A stretch of 64,000 bases of DNA from an uncultured Acidobacteriota bacterium (GCA_963827655.1 CAWHCF010000046.1:32001-96000); one strand, 5' to 3'; shown: positions 42,289 through 51,876, numbered from the stretch's first letter. Program-made: numbers and translations. The notes: generated by a model from the letters alone, not told the origin.

Positions 42289-42331
42289 ATCGATTCTTCA
42301 TCAATTCTTAATCAATTCTTAACAATTGCTT
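42289..42331. promoter_or_regulatory. 11-bp-period direct repeats upstream of the RND operon (candidate OmpR/PhoB-family site)
   Basis: atcgattcttc atcaattctta atcaattctta acaattgctt; AT-rich island in GC-rich DNA. Confidence 0.55.
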
Positions 42332-42570
42332 CAGCAAGATCCTCCATACGGAAACCCCTGAAGGGCTATGACGGCCACCCGCTTCAGGTGGAGCGATTCG
42401 CGCCCGCCCTGAACTTTGTCCGCGCCGAGAGAACCCAGGATTCATCCACATCGATCGATATTCCGGCCATGGCAGGCGAAAAGAACGTAACAGGTGGCGC
42501 TTCTGGACCGTAAGGGTTCATGATTGAGCGGTTGACATCCCGATTTCATCCGATCTGCGAGGACCTGGCG

Positions 42571-43513
42571 ATGAATATGGAAAGGTTGTCAGTGACACGC
42601 CGGACATTTCTTGGATGCGGAATGGCGTTCCTGCGGCCCGGCTCGAGGACGCAAGAACCGGGCGGTTCCCAGACGGTCGAACTGCGTGCAGGAGAACTCA
42701 CGCTGCTGCTGGGTAACGAGTACGACCACGGCGCAGGCCGCCCCGGTTATATCGGCATCTGGAGTCTTACCAGCGTGCATGAGCCGGCCAACATATTCGT
42801 TCCCCGTTACGCCGGCTGGATTCACCGGAGAAACCGGGCCAGGGTGACACGGATGTCCGAGACCGAAGGGTTAATCCAGCACATGGATGCCGCCGGGAGG
42901 CTTGGGACCAGGCAGACCTTCAAGGTGATCCCGCCGCACTACTTCGACTGCGTGTTCACCATGGGTGGCTCCGGTGATTCTATCCCGGTCAACGGCACCA
43001 GCTACATGAACGGGCCGGAGGACCCGGGGGTGTACTTTCTCGATCCGGCAAATGAAATGGCAACGCCACTACGATCCTCTTCATGGCAGCGCCGCTAGCA
43101 TCTTGCCGGCGGGTATGCCGGTCCCGGAAGTAAAAAAGGTGCCAGACTCGCCCTATCCTCGCGGCACACAGAATTTTTGGGATACTTTCGCCGAGCATCG
43201 CTATCATCCTGACTATTCGCTCTTCTACGGACGCTTCCGTGACATGGTCCTGGTTCACATGTTCCCGCCGCAGTCGAATGTGATCCCATATACCTCCCCC
43301 AGCGGCGGCGGTCCCCGGCCTGGAGGACAGCTTCGCAACCCAGCCTGGGACTGGCGCGTGACGATCACCCGCGGCGCGCAACGGAATGACGAACCGAGCT
43401 TCCTGGTGCGCGCGGTTTATAAAAAGTATGTGGACGACAGCGACATCCTGACCGAATACCGCAGCTGGACCAACACCCTGCCTGTCGGATCGCAGATCAA
43501 GAATGACGAATGA
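42571..43513 (+). CDS. Hypothetical Tat-signal protein (beta-rich, possibly aldose-epimerase-like); frameshift near 43050
   Basis: TRRTFLG; two consecutive overlapping ORFs with coding-like composition (SYMNGPEDPGVYF / WQRHYDPLHG..SPSGGG..NPAWDW). Confidence 0.6.
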
Positions 43514-43549
43514 CCAATGACCAATGAGAAATCAATGAGATTTGTCATT
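43502..43549. repeat. AATGACN heptamer array
   Basis: aatgacg aatgacc aatgacc aatgaga ...; supplies the TGA stop of the upstream ORF. Confidence 0.75.
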
Positions 43550-43586
43550 AATCTTACGTCCCAAGCCCACGAAGAGGGAAAAAACC

Positions 43587-44243
43587 TCACGCAGTGGCGT
43601 CGGAGCATTCGCTGACGCAGGCTTCGAGCCGGCTGCGAATGCGGCAGGCGCGAATGCTGAGCGCGTTGATCGTCAAACCAAATTGTTCGGCCAGCGCCCG
43701 GCGATTCTCGATCTTGGTCCGTTGCTCTCCGTGGTAATAGCGCAAAATCAACTCGCGATTCTCGGGCTCCAGGCGCTGCAAACAACCTTCAAGGCTGTTC
43801 AGTAGCCTTTCTCTTTCTTCCGGTAAATCCTGAAATTCGGAATCTGGCTCGGATTCAGGCGTCGGGGCGCCGGGCTGTGACAAGCTATCCAGACTCACCG
43901 GGCTTGTTTCGGTCCAGCGAAGATGCTCCAGAAAGACAAACCTGGCCACTATGTAGCAGTAACGAGCAGATGGCGTGTTGGTAATGGCGCCTTCTTCCTT
44001 CAGCCTGCGTGCCACGCGGTTCAAGGTCTCGTCCGCCAGATGTTCCGGCGCAAGGCAGTTCTTCCGGTCAAAGAAAGAGACGAGTCTTCGGCACATCTCC
44101 AGGTACTTCTTCCCCCTGGAATCCCCTCCTTCATCCAGCCAGCACAGAAGCTGGTGGAATGCACCCTCGGTCAGTTCCCAGTTCTTCTTTGAATCCGGCT
44201 TTGCCTCCGGTTCGGTCGCGTTTCTTACCTCGATTATCGGCAT
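43587..44243 (-). CDS. ECF-type sigma-70 factor (acidobacterial type)
   Basis: RRLVSFF..PEHLADETLNRV (region 2); CLQRL...RELILRYY...LAEQFGLTINALSIRACRIRSRL (region 4). Confidence 0.8.
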   Translation of the reverse strand: MPIIEVRNATEPEAKPDSKKNWELTEGAFHQLLCWLDEGGDSRGKKYLEMCRRLVSFFDRKNCLAPEHLADETLNRVARRLKEEGAITNTPSARYCYIVARFVFLEHLRWTETSPVSLDSLSQPGAPTPESEPDSEFQDLPEERERLLNSLEGCLQRLEPENRELILRYYHGEQRTKIENRRALAEQFGLTINALSIRACRIRSRLEACVSECSDATA

Positions 44244-44303
44244 AGATCATCCTTCTTGTCTTCGGAGTCTTCGTGGTTAGCGCGGCGAAACAAAAATCCT
44301 CTA

Positions 44304-44538
44304 AGGGTTCGCGCAGAAATAAGTTCGCATTCTGCTGCAGGCCCCCAGGCCCGCTGGCGAGGCGCGAGCGACGATGCGTACCCGGTGCGGTACGTGAGGA
44401 GCGAGCAACAAAGCGAGCGGGCCTGCGGGCCGCAGCCCGAAGGGGCGCGATCCTCAGCCTGCTTAGCGAACAGAGACCGGTTCAAGATTGACCACCGACG
44501 CTCGCGCCAGAATGTGAAGTTATTTCTGCGCGAGCCCT
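44304..44538. mobile_element. Non-autonomous MITE-like element (about 235 bp) with 31-bp terminal inverted repeats
   Basis: agggttcgcgcagaaataagttcgcattctg versus the reverse complement of 44508-44538: 28/31 identical; TA next to both ends; internal hairpins; no transposase. Confidence 0.8.
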
Positions 44539-44619
44539 ACGATACGTGACTCGCCGAGAACGTCCATATCCCAGGCAATGTTCACTCGTCACCCCTTACG
44601 TGCGCAAAGCAGGCGCGAA

Positions 44620-44913
44620 AGGGATCACGCATTCTCTGCAACGAATGAAAACAGTTCGATCTGGCGCCTGGGCAGCCTGGCGTCAAACAGGCTTCAATGG
44701 GATTACGGCAGTAAGGCTCTGGTCTATGCGGTGCAAAGTGAAGATCTCGTCAAGCTCTACCGCCAGCATTTGGACGGCGGTTCAGCCCAACCGATGGCAA
44801 ACTTGAAAGCAGAAGACACATTTGATTTCGCCTGGCCTCGTCGTGGGCGTCTTCTAGCTTTCATGCGGGGTAATTGGCAGCATGACGCACTGATCATCAG
44901 TGGTCTGAAATGA
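44620..44913 (+). pseudogene. C-terminal remnant of a TolB-like propeller protein
   Basis: LQWDYGSKALVY..KLYRQHLDGGSAQPMAN..FDFAW..GRLLAFMRG..DALIISGLK resembles the last blades of acidobacterial kinase/wHTH-TolB proteins; no N-terminus. Confidence 0.55.
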
Positions 44914-44934
44914 CACCGGAGGAATCCAAAACCA

Positions 44935-46158
44935 CTAAGAAACGAAGACTCGAAATCCTACACTTTGAGCTTGGGTGAAAATCTCCTTGAGCCTCTCGGC
45001 CACAATGCGGTGTTCGTCTCCCTGCATCATCCACACCGAAATTCGAATCTTCCCTTTTTCTTCTCTTGAAACCATGATGGGCGGATTTCCCTCGCGCAAC
45101 TGGCGCAATACATCCTGCGAGCTGAGCTTCAGGCGATCTTCTTCCCACTCCAGGAGCGCGTGAGGGACGTTATTGGCGATTTCGGGCACGTGCTGCCTGG
45201 CGGTCAGGCCCTGAATCTTGGAGAGCTTCTCAATGATGTGGCTGACCCTGCTCTCCAGTTTGCGCCGCTCGGCCGCATGATCCACTGCGAGGTAGCGCTC
45301 CACGGCAGCAAGAAGGCCCATCAGCTCCTCCTTGCCTACTTTCATCCCGCGGCCGATACCGCCATGCGGATTGATCGCATGCTGCGCCGCTTCTATCAGG
45401 TCTTTTCGGCCCAACAGTAGACCGCTGCCCTGGGGTCCCAGCAGACCCTTCCCTCCGGAAAAGGCGACCAGGTCGAATCCGTCATTGACGTACTTCGAGA
45501 GGCGATCGACCGGAGGAACGTCGGCGGCGGCATCGTTGAATGTGGGAACCTTGCGTTCCCTGCCGACCTGAATCCACTCCCCGGCTTTGATCTGGCCGAG
45601 CGGATCGGACTTGTTGAGAAAGAACATCATTGCGGTCCGCTCGTTGATGGCTTTATTCAGTTCCTCCCGCGTCTCCACCCAGACGATCTTGGTTCCCACG
45701 AGATCCATCTGAGCCTCGTATCCGCTCCGGTGGCTTTTCTGCTGCACGATTTCGTTTTTCAACCCGGTCGTGTCGGGCAGCTGGCGGAGCTTTGCAGGAT
45801 CGCCACTGACGACACAGGCAGCGGTGGCGACCGTGATGGCTGAAGCTGCCCCGCAAGAAACCATGGCTGCCGGAACCTTGAGCAGCTCTGCGATACGTTC
45901 CCCCACCTTCTTCTGCAGCTCCGGAAGTTGAATGAAGTGCTTGCTGGCCTCGACCATTGCCTGGACGACTTCGGGGGGCATTATGGAACCGCCCAGAACC
46001 GTCACGGTGCCGACACCGTTGATAACAGGTTGCAGGCCGAGTTTGTCGAGGTAAATGCTATTGCTCTTTGAATGCGCCGGGGCTCCTCGGGCGGTGCTCA
46101 GGACCGTGGCCGCCGCGGTTGTCTGGAGAAACTGTCTGCGATTCGATTTGTTTGCCAT
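44935..46158 (-). CDS. SelA-like/DgaE-family PLP-dependent enzyme with Tat signal
   Basis: SNRRQFLQ; PVINGVGTVTVLGGS; DAAA; FSGGKGLLGPQ (PLP Lys); GIGRGMKVGKEE. Confidence 0.85.
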   Translation of the reverse strand: MANKSNRRQFLQTTAAATVLSTARGAPAHSKSNSIYLDKLGLQPVINGVGTVTVLGGSIMPPEVVQAMVEASKHFIQLPELQKKVGERIAELLKVPAAMVSCGAASAITVATAACVVSGDPAKLRQLPDTTGLKNEIVQQKSHRSGYEAQMDLVGTKIVWVETREELNKAINERTAMMFFLNKSDPLGQIKAGEWIQVGRERKVPTFNDAAADVPPVDRLSKYVNDGFDLVAFSGGKGLLGPQGSGLLLGRKDLIEAAQHAINPHGGIGRGMKVGKEELMGLLAAVERYLAVDHAAERRKLESRVSHIIEKLSKIQGLTARQHVPEIANNVPHALLEWEEDRLKLSSQDVLRQLREGNPPIMVSREEKGKIRISVWMMQGDEHRIVAERLKEIFTQAQSVGFRVFVS

Positions 46159-46215
46159 GGTGCCCTCCCGTGGGTGAATGAGCCATCATATACCTTCTTT
46201 TTCACAGGAAAAGCT

Positions 46216-46366
46216 TCATTGGTCATTTCTCATTGGTCATCTGTCATTTGTCATTAGTTGGTGCTGCGGCCAGGTTTGCGCTCGCAGCCTACGCGGGGCC
46301 TTGCTACAATCCCTTCCCGCTATGAATGACAAATGAAAAATGAAAAATGACCAATGACTAATGACG
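46216..46366. repeat. Inverted pair of heptamer arrays (6 x TCATTNN, 67-bp spacer, 6 x AATGANN)
   Basis: tcattgg tcatttc tcattgg tcatctg tcatttg tcattag ... aatgaca aatgaaa aatgaaa aatgacc aatgact aatgacg. Confidence 0.9.
46302..46310 (+). promoter_or_regulatory. Extended -10 promoter element
   Basis: TGcTACAAT inside the spacer, pointing at the amidase genes. Confidence 0.5.
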
Positions 46367-46470
46367 TGTCCTGGCGGTGACGCGCCAGGACCTAACCGCA
46401 ATTTGAAACCGCTGGAAATCGCCGGAGGAAATCGCTACGCTGAAGGCGCCAAGCCGCTGCCTCTAACTTT

Positions 46471-48024
46471 ATGATACGACGTGACGTGATACCGCCGCAG
46501 AAACTCCACGCGCGCCATCTTTCCCGACGCGACGTCTTCGGCCTGCCTGGACGGGGCACTCAGGCTGCAGCGGTCTCGCCTCAGTCCCACGCCACAGCTG
46601 CCCTCGTGCCGGCGGCGGACGCCAGTCTCCTGTTTCCCCAATCGAACGACCCTGCGGCAGAACTGATTTACATGTCGGCGACCAAGCTGGCGCAGTGGAT
46701 CCGCGAAAAGAAAGTTTCCTCGGAGGAAGCTGTCAAGGCCTGTCTGACACGGATCGCGGACGTCAACCCGAAACTGAACGCCGTGGTGCAACTCTGCGCC
46801 GAGCGCGCTCTGGTAGAAGCGAAGGAAGCCGATGGCTTGCTGGCAAAGGGAAAGCTCAAGGGGCCCCTCCATGGAGTCCCGATGACGATCAAAGATTCCT
46901 TCGACACGGCCGGTGTCGTCAGCACAGGCGGAACTCTGGGACGCAAAGATTACATTCCGGGGCGCGATGCCACCGTCGTAGCGCGGCTTCGAGCCGCGGG
47001 GGCGATCCTGTTGGGGAAGACTAACACACCGGAGTTCACGCTTTCCTTCAACACAACCAATCTGGTTTATGGCGCGACCAGGAATCCCTACGGACTGAAC
47101 TTTCAGCCTTCGGGGAGCAGCGGGGGCGCTGCCGCCATCGTTGCCAGCGGCGGATCCCCTTTTGATATCGGCAGCGATTTCGCCGGCAGCATCCGAGAGC
47201 CCTGTCATGCCTGCGGTATCGCGGGAATCAAACCCACCTCCGGGCGGGTCCCGCGGAGCGGGCACATCGTCGGCTACGGGGGAGCGTTTGACGCTTTTCA
47301 GCAAGTGGGACCGATGGCACGGAAGGTTGAAGACCTGGTTCTTATCCTTCCCATCATTGCCGGACCTGACTATCTCGATGCGGCGATCGTGCCGGTGCCG
47401 CTCAAGAATCCGGGCGAGGTAGCGCTCAAAGGCCTGCGCGTTGCGTATTACACAACCAACGGCGAGATCGACCCCGTACCCGAAATCCAGCAGATGGTGG
47501 AAAAGTGCGCGGGTTTGATTTCCGGTCTGGGCGCCAAGGTAACGCAGTCGCGGCCTCCCATGATGAAAGAGGCGGGCGAGATCCGCTGGAGGCTTCACGG
47601 CGCCGATGGCGGCGCAACCGTTACCCGCCTGGTTAAGAAGGCCGGGACCCGACAGACCTCCCCGGTTCTTGTTCTGGGCGGTACGATGCTCAAGCCCTCT
47701 GAGTTCGCGGCGTTGGTGGAGAAACTGGATGCCTGCCGGAGTGCCATGCTGGCCTTCATGGAAGACTTTGACGTCATTCTCTGTCCGGTGAACGCCCAGC
47801 CGGCCAAGCCTCTCAGCGCGGAACCCGTTTCGCCGCGGGGAAACTACACGAGCGTCTATAACATCACGGGGTGGCCGGTCGCGGTCGTAAGAGCCGGGAC
47901 TTCTCCCGAGGGCTTGCCGTTGGGCATCCAGATCGTGGGGCGGCCGTGGGCCGAGGAAGTCGTGCTGGCAGCGGCGGCGCAACTCGAATCAAAAACCGGC
48001 GGATGGCAGAAACCGGCGATATGA
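46471..48024 (+). CDS. Amidase signature family amidase (copy 1)
   Basis: GPLHGVPMTIKDS; GKTNTPEF; GSSGG; GSDFAGSIR; GIKPTSGRVP; GLPLGIQIVG. Confidence 0.9.
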   Translation: MIRRDVIPPQKLHARHLSRRDVFGLPGRGTQAAAVSPQSHATAALVPAADASLLFPQSNDPAAELIYMSATKLAQWIREKKVSSEEAVKACLTRIADVNPKLNAVVQLCAERALVEAKEADGLLAKGKLKGPLHGVPMTIKDSFDTAGVVSTGGTLGRKDYIPGRDATVVARLRAAGAILLGKTNTPEFTLSFNTTNLVYGATRNPYGLNFQPSGSSGGAAAIVASGGSPFDIGSDFAGSIREPCHACGIAGIKPTSGRVPRSGHIVGYGGAFDAFQQVGPMARKVEDLVLILPIIAGPDYLDAAIVPVPLKNPGEVALKGLRVAYYTTNGEIDPVPEIQQMVEKCAGLISGLGAKVTQSRPPMMKEAGEIRWRLHGADGGATVTRLVKKAGTRQTSPVLVLGGTMLKPSEFAALVEKLDACRSAMLAFMEDFDVILCPVNAQPAKPLSAEPVSPRGNYTSVYNITGWPVAVVRAGTSPEGLPLGIQIVGRPWAEEVVLAAAAQLESKTGGWQKPAI

Positions 48025-48063
48025 GCCTCGCCAACCGCGAACGCGAGGCGCAGGTTTTAATGG

Positions 48064-49638
48064 ATGAGCGTGAAAGAAACTGAACCGTGCTCTTCTGTGA
48101 GACTGCCTCGACGCGCCTTTACCCGCATGCTGGGCGGCGGCGCCATAGCCTTCGTCTCGCTCGCGCCCGGAGCCGCGGGACAAGCCGCGCGGTCCGATAG
48201 CACGACCGCGAAGGGGCCCGATCCGACGGACGAGATCATTTTCATGTCCACGACTCGACTGGCGCGCATGATCCGGGAAAAGAAGGTTTCCGCAGTCGAG
48301 GCCGTGCAGGCATATATCGCGCGCATCACAGCGGTAAACCCGAAGCTGAACGCGGTCGTGCAAACTTGCTTTGACCGCGCGCTCAAGGAGGCAAAGGAGG
48401 CGGATGCGCTCGCGAGCGGGGGCCGATTCAAGGGTCCGTTGCACGGAGTGCCGATGACGATCAAGGACTCGATCGATACCGAGGGCGTCATCAGCACGGG
48501 AGGCACCGTGGGCCGGATGACGTACGTACCGGGAAAAGACGCCACCGTCGTGGCACGGCTGCGGGCTGCCGGCGCGATCTTGCTGGGGAAGACGAATACA
48601 CCCGAGTTTACGCTCGCCGGGGGAGGCATTGCGGGTCTGGGAACGACCGCAAACATCATCTATGGTGTTTCACGCAACCCATACGACTTGACTCGCAGCA
48701 CCGCGGGCAGCAGCGGAGGAGCCGGCGCAATCGTCGCCGCCGGCGGGGCGGCATTTGACATCGGTTCGGATTGGGGCGGCAGCATTCGAGGGCCATCGCA
48801 TAATAACGGCATCGCAGGCATCAAGCCGACGTCGGGCCGCGTGCCCCGCACAGGGCATATCGTCGACTTCGGGGGTATCTTCGACTCGTGGCAGCAACTC
48901 GGTCCGATGGCGCGCCGCGTGGAAGACTTGTGTCTCATTATGCCGCTGATTGTCGGTCCGGACTTCAGAGACGCGGCGATCGCGCCCGTACCCTGGAATG
49001 ATCCGGGCAAGGTCGAAGTCCCCAGGCTGCGCGTGGCTTTCTACGCGGAAAATGGCGTGGCCGAGACCACGCCCGAAACCAAGGAAACCGTCCGGCGCAC
49101 AGCCAAATTTCTTGAGGAGGCGGGCTGCCCGGTAAAGGAAGACCTTCCCAAGTCGATTCTGATGGAGATGGAGGAGGTGCGGTTCAAATTGACTCGGGCC
49201 GATGCCTGGTCCGGGCTGAGGCGCCTGGCCGACAAATGGGGCACCAAAGCCCTTTCGCCCACCATCGTCGAAAGGCTAAGCGGGGATCAGGTATCGGCCC
49301 CGGAATATACCGAACTGCTGGAAATGCAGGACGAGGCGCGCAGCAAACTGCTCTCCTGGGTGCGGAATTACGACGTGGTTTTGTGCCCGGTCCTCGGCAA
49401 GCCGGCCCAGCCGATCAATTTTGGAACCGAGGGGCCGAAGCCCGGTCCCGGCCTGAACTATACGGGTCTGTACAATAGCACGGGCTGGCCCGCGGCAGTG
49501 GTGCGGGCCGGCACCTCGCCCGAAGGTTTGCCGATCGGCATACAGGTAGTAGGACAGCCGTGGCGCGACGATGTGGTTCTTGCGGTCTGCGGTTACCTCG
49601 AGTCTAAAACCGGCGGCTGGCAGAAGCCGCCCATCTGA
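48064..49638 (+). CDS. Amidase signature family amidase (copy 2), Tat-like signal
   Basis: PRRAFTRMLGG; GPLHGVPMTIKDS; GSSGG; GSDWGGSIR; same C-terminus KTGGWQKP as copy 1. Confidence 0.92.
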   Translation: MSVKETEPCSSVRLPRRAFTRMLGGGAIAFVSLAPGAAGQAARSDSTTAKGPDPTDEIIFMSTTRLARMIREKKVSAVEAVQAYIARITAVNPKLNAVVQTCFDRALKEAKEADALASGGRFKGPLHGVPMTIKDSIDTEGVISTGGTVGRMTYVPGKDATVVARLRAAGAILLGKTNTPEFTLAGGGIAGLGTTANIIYGVSRNPYDLTRSTAGSSGGAGAIVAAGGAAFDIGSDWGGSIRGPSHNNGIAGIKPTSGRVPRTGHIVDFGGIFDSWQQLGPMARRVEDLCLIMPLIVGPDFRDAAIAPVPWNDPGKVEVPRLRVAFYAENGVAETTPETKETVRRTAKFLEEAGCPVKEDLPKSILMEMEEVRFKLTRADAWSGLRRLADKWGTKALSPTIVERLSGDQVSAPEYTELLEMQDEARSKLLSWVRNYDVVLCPVLGKPAQPINFGTEGPKPGPGLNYTGLYNSTGWPAAVVRAGTSPEGLPIGIQVVGQPWRDDVVLAVCGYLESKTGGWQKPPI

Positions 49639-49725
49639 TACAAACTACTGGGATTGCGGAGAGCCAACCGCAAAAACGCAAAGAAATCGCTGAGATCTTG
49701 ATGAGGAAAAGAATCAGACCCGCCA

Positions 49726-50184
49726 ATGATTGCGGGTCTTGTCTTCTTTGTGGCATACGCCGCCGTCGCCTTCAAGATACTTGCGGTTGCCGAAGTTCAG
49801 TCCGACGCAAGCCCGCCGGTAAAGGAATCCCTGCAGAGGGTCTGTGTCACCTGCCATGCCCTGGAACAGATCACATCATCTCGCCGCAGCCGATCCCAAT
49901 GGGATGACTTGATCAACCGGATGATCGAACGAGGGGCCAAGGGAACCGACGAGGAATTCACCCTGGTCTTTGACTACCTGGTCGGGCAATACGGCAGGGT
50001 CAACGTGAACACAGCCGTGGCCGACGAGATGGCGCAGGTTTTGGGTTTGCCGGAGAAGGAGGCTGAATCCATCGTCACGCACCGCCAGACCCATGGTAGA
50101 TTTGATGGCTTCGATGCCCTCATGAAGGTGCCGGATATCGACCGGGAGAAGTTGGAGAAGAGCAGGGACGCCATCTCTTTCTAG
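49726..50184 (+). CDS. Mono-heme cytochrome c fused to a ComEA-like helix-hairpin-helix domain
   Basis: N-terminal hydrophobic segment; CVTCH; W...INRMIERGA (Met ligand); RVNVNTA..EMAQVLGL..EAESIV.HRQ.HGRF..FDALMKVPDID. Confidence 0.82.
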   Translation: MIAGLVFFVAYAAVAFKILAVAEVQSDASPPVKESLQRVCVTCHALEQITSSRRSRSQWDDLINRMIERGAKGTDEEFTLVFDYLVGQYGRVNVNTAVADEMAQVLGLPEKEAESIVTHRQTHGRFDGFDALMKVPDIDREKLEKSRDAISF

Positions 50185-50226
50185 CCTCTCGACCGTGAGC
50201 GCGAGTTCAGCCAAGGAGAAAAACGG

Positions 50227-51876
50227 ATGCATCGCTGGGTAATTGTCTGTGCGCAGATCGCCGTGCTCGCCACCGCGACAGGTCTCGGGGCCCAGGCGCC
50301 GCCGGGTGGGGAACGCCAGGGGGCGCGGCCGCCCAGTGGCATGCAGGGGAGATTGGACCCGGCGAAGCTGATGCAGCCGCCTACCGATACCTGGCCGACT
50401 TACAACGGCGACTATTCGGGACGCCGCTACAGCACGCTGTCGAAAATCACTACCTCTAACATCAACTCGCTCAGCCTGGCCTGGGTCTACCGGGTGAATA
50501 CCGGCGGAGGCGGCGGCTTTGGAGGTGCGAGAATCTCGGCGACACCGCTCCAGATTAACGGTGTCCTCTACTTTACGATTCCCGACCATGTGTGGGCCCT
50601 GGACGCGCGCACGGGGCGCGAGATATGGCATCACGCCTGGCAATCGAAGGGCGGCATCCACATCGGCAACCGCGGTGTCGGAATTCATGGCAGCCGGCTC
50701 TATTTCGAGACTCCGGACTGCAATCTCGTCTGCCTGGACTTGAAGGACGGCAAAGAGAGATGGCGAAAGCCGATCTGCGACCTGGACCAGTTTTACTTTG
50801 GTTCAATGGCGCCTCTTATCGTGAAGAACCACGTCATCGCTGGTGTGAGCGGCGACGATTTGGATACTCCCGGATATATCCAGTCGCACGACCCGGAGAC
50901 GGGAGAGTTGCAGTGGCGCTGGCATGTAGTGCCACAGAAGAAGGGTGATCCCGGCTCCGAGACCTGGCCGAACGAGGACGCCATGAAGCACGGCGGAGGT
51001 ATGACCTGGCTGACCCCTACGTACGACCCGGAGCTCAACCTCATTTATGTCCCGACAGGCAATCCGCAACCGGTGATCGCGCACAAGAACCGCGAAGGCG
51101 CCAACCTTTTCACGGGTTCGATTGTGGCCCTGAACCCGGATACAGGCAAGATGGCATGGTATTTTCAATCTTCGCCGCACGACACACACGACTGGGATTC
51201 GACGCAGACGCCCGTGCTTTTCGACGGAGAAATCAACGGACAAAAGCGCAAGCTCGTGGCGCAGGCGGCACGGAATGGCCATTTCTTCGTGCTGGACCGC
51301 GTGAACGGCAAGAACATTGTGTCGGCTGAGTTCGTCAAGACCAACTGGGCGATGGGCTACGACGCCAGAGGGCAGCCGATTCCAAACCCCGCGAAGATGC
51401 CTCAGGTTGATGGCACGCTGGTATCGCCGGCTCAGGCAGGTGGAACCAACTGGCCACCGCCGAGCTTCAGCCCCGATACCGGCCTGTTTTATGTGAGCGC
51501 TACACGCGCGTATAGCGTGTACTACATTTTCGATACCGACGACAATCCGCAGGGCTGGGGTGGAACCGATCGCGGAGGGTGGTCGGAAACCATGGTGCAG
51601 GCGATCGACTACAAGACAGGCAAGATCCGCTGGAGCCATAAGTGGGAAGGGGGTGCCCGTTCCGGTTTGTTGAGCACGGCGGGCGGATTGCTCTTTGCGG
51701 GGGACGGCTCGAACAATATCGTGGCCCTCAACGCCACAACCGGAGAGCCGCTGTGGCATGCCAATCTCGGCAACTCCGTGACGAACGGTCCGATCACCTT
51801 TGAACTGGACGGCACGCAATATTTAGTCGTGGGTGCAGGCGACACTCTCTTCGGATTCGCCCTGCTGAGCCGATGA
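50227..51876 (+). CDS. PQQ-like quinoprotein, acido-empty-quinoprotein group A type
   Basis: LDPAKLMQPPTDTWPTYNGDYSGRRYS; GIHIGNRG; GVSGDDLD; GNPQPV; SPHDTHDWDSTQTP; GGTNWPPPSF. Confidence 0.85.
   Translation: MHRWVIVCAQIAVLATATGLGAQAPPGGERQGARPPSGMQGRLDPAKLMQPPTDTWPTYNGDYSGRRYSTLSKITTSNINSLSLAWVYRVNTGGGGGFGGARISATPLQINGVLYFTIPDHVWALDARTGREIWHHAWQSKGGIHIGNRGVGIHGSRLYFETPDCNLVCLDLKDGKERWRKPICDLDQFYFGSMAPLIVKNHVIAGVSGDDLDTPGYIQSHDPETGELQWRWHVVPQKKGDPGSETWPNEDAMKHGGGMTWLTPTYDPELNLIYVPTGNPQPVIAHKNREGANLFTGSIVALNPDTGKMAWYFQSSPHDTHDWDSTQTPVLFDGEINGQKRKLVAQAARNGHFFVLDRVNGKNIVSAEFVKTNWAMGYDARGQPIPNPAKMPQVDGTLVSPAQAGGTNWPPPSFSPDTGLFYVSATRAYSVYYIFDTDDNPQGWGGTDRGGWSETMVQAIDYKTGKIRWSHKWEGGARSGLLSTAGGLLFAGDGSNNIVALNATTGEPLWHANLGNSVTNGPITFELDGTQYLVVGAGDTLFGFALLSR

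Noticed and set aside
44935-46158. True selenocysteine synthase selA
   Set aside because: It has a Tat leader, a DgaE-like FSGGK motif and no selB/selC/selD nearby
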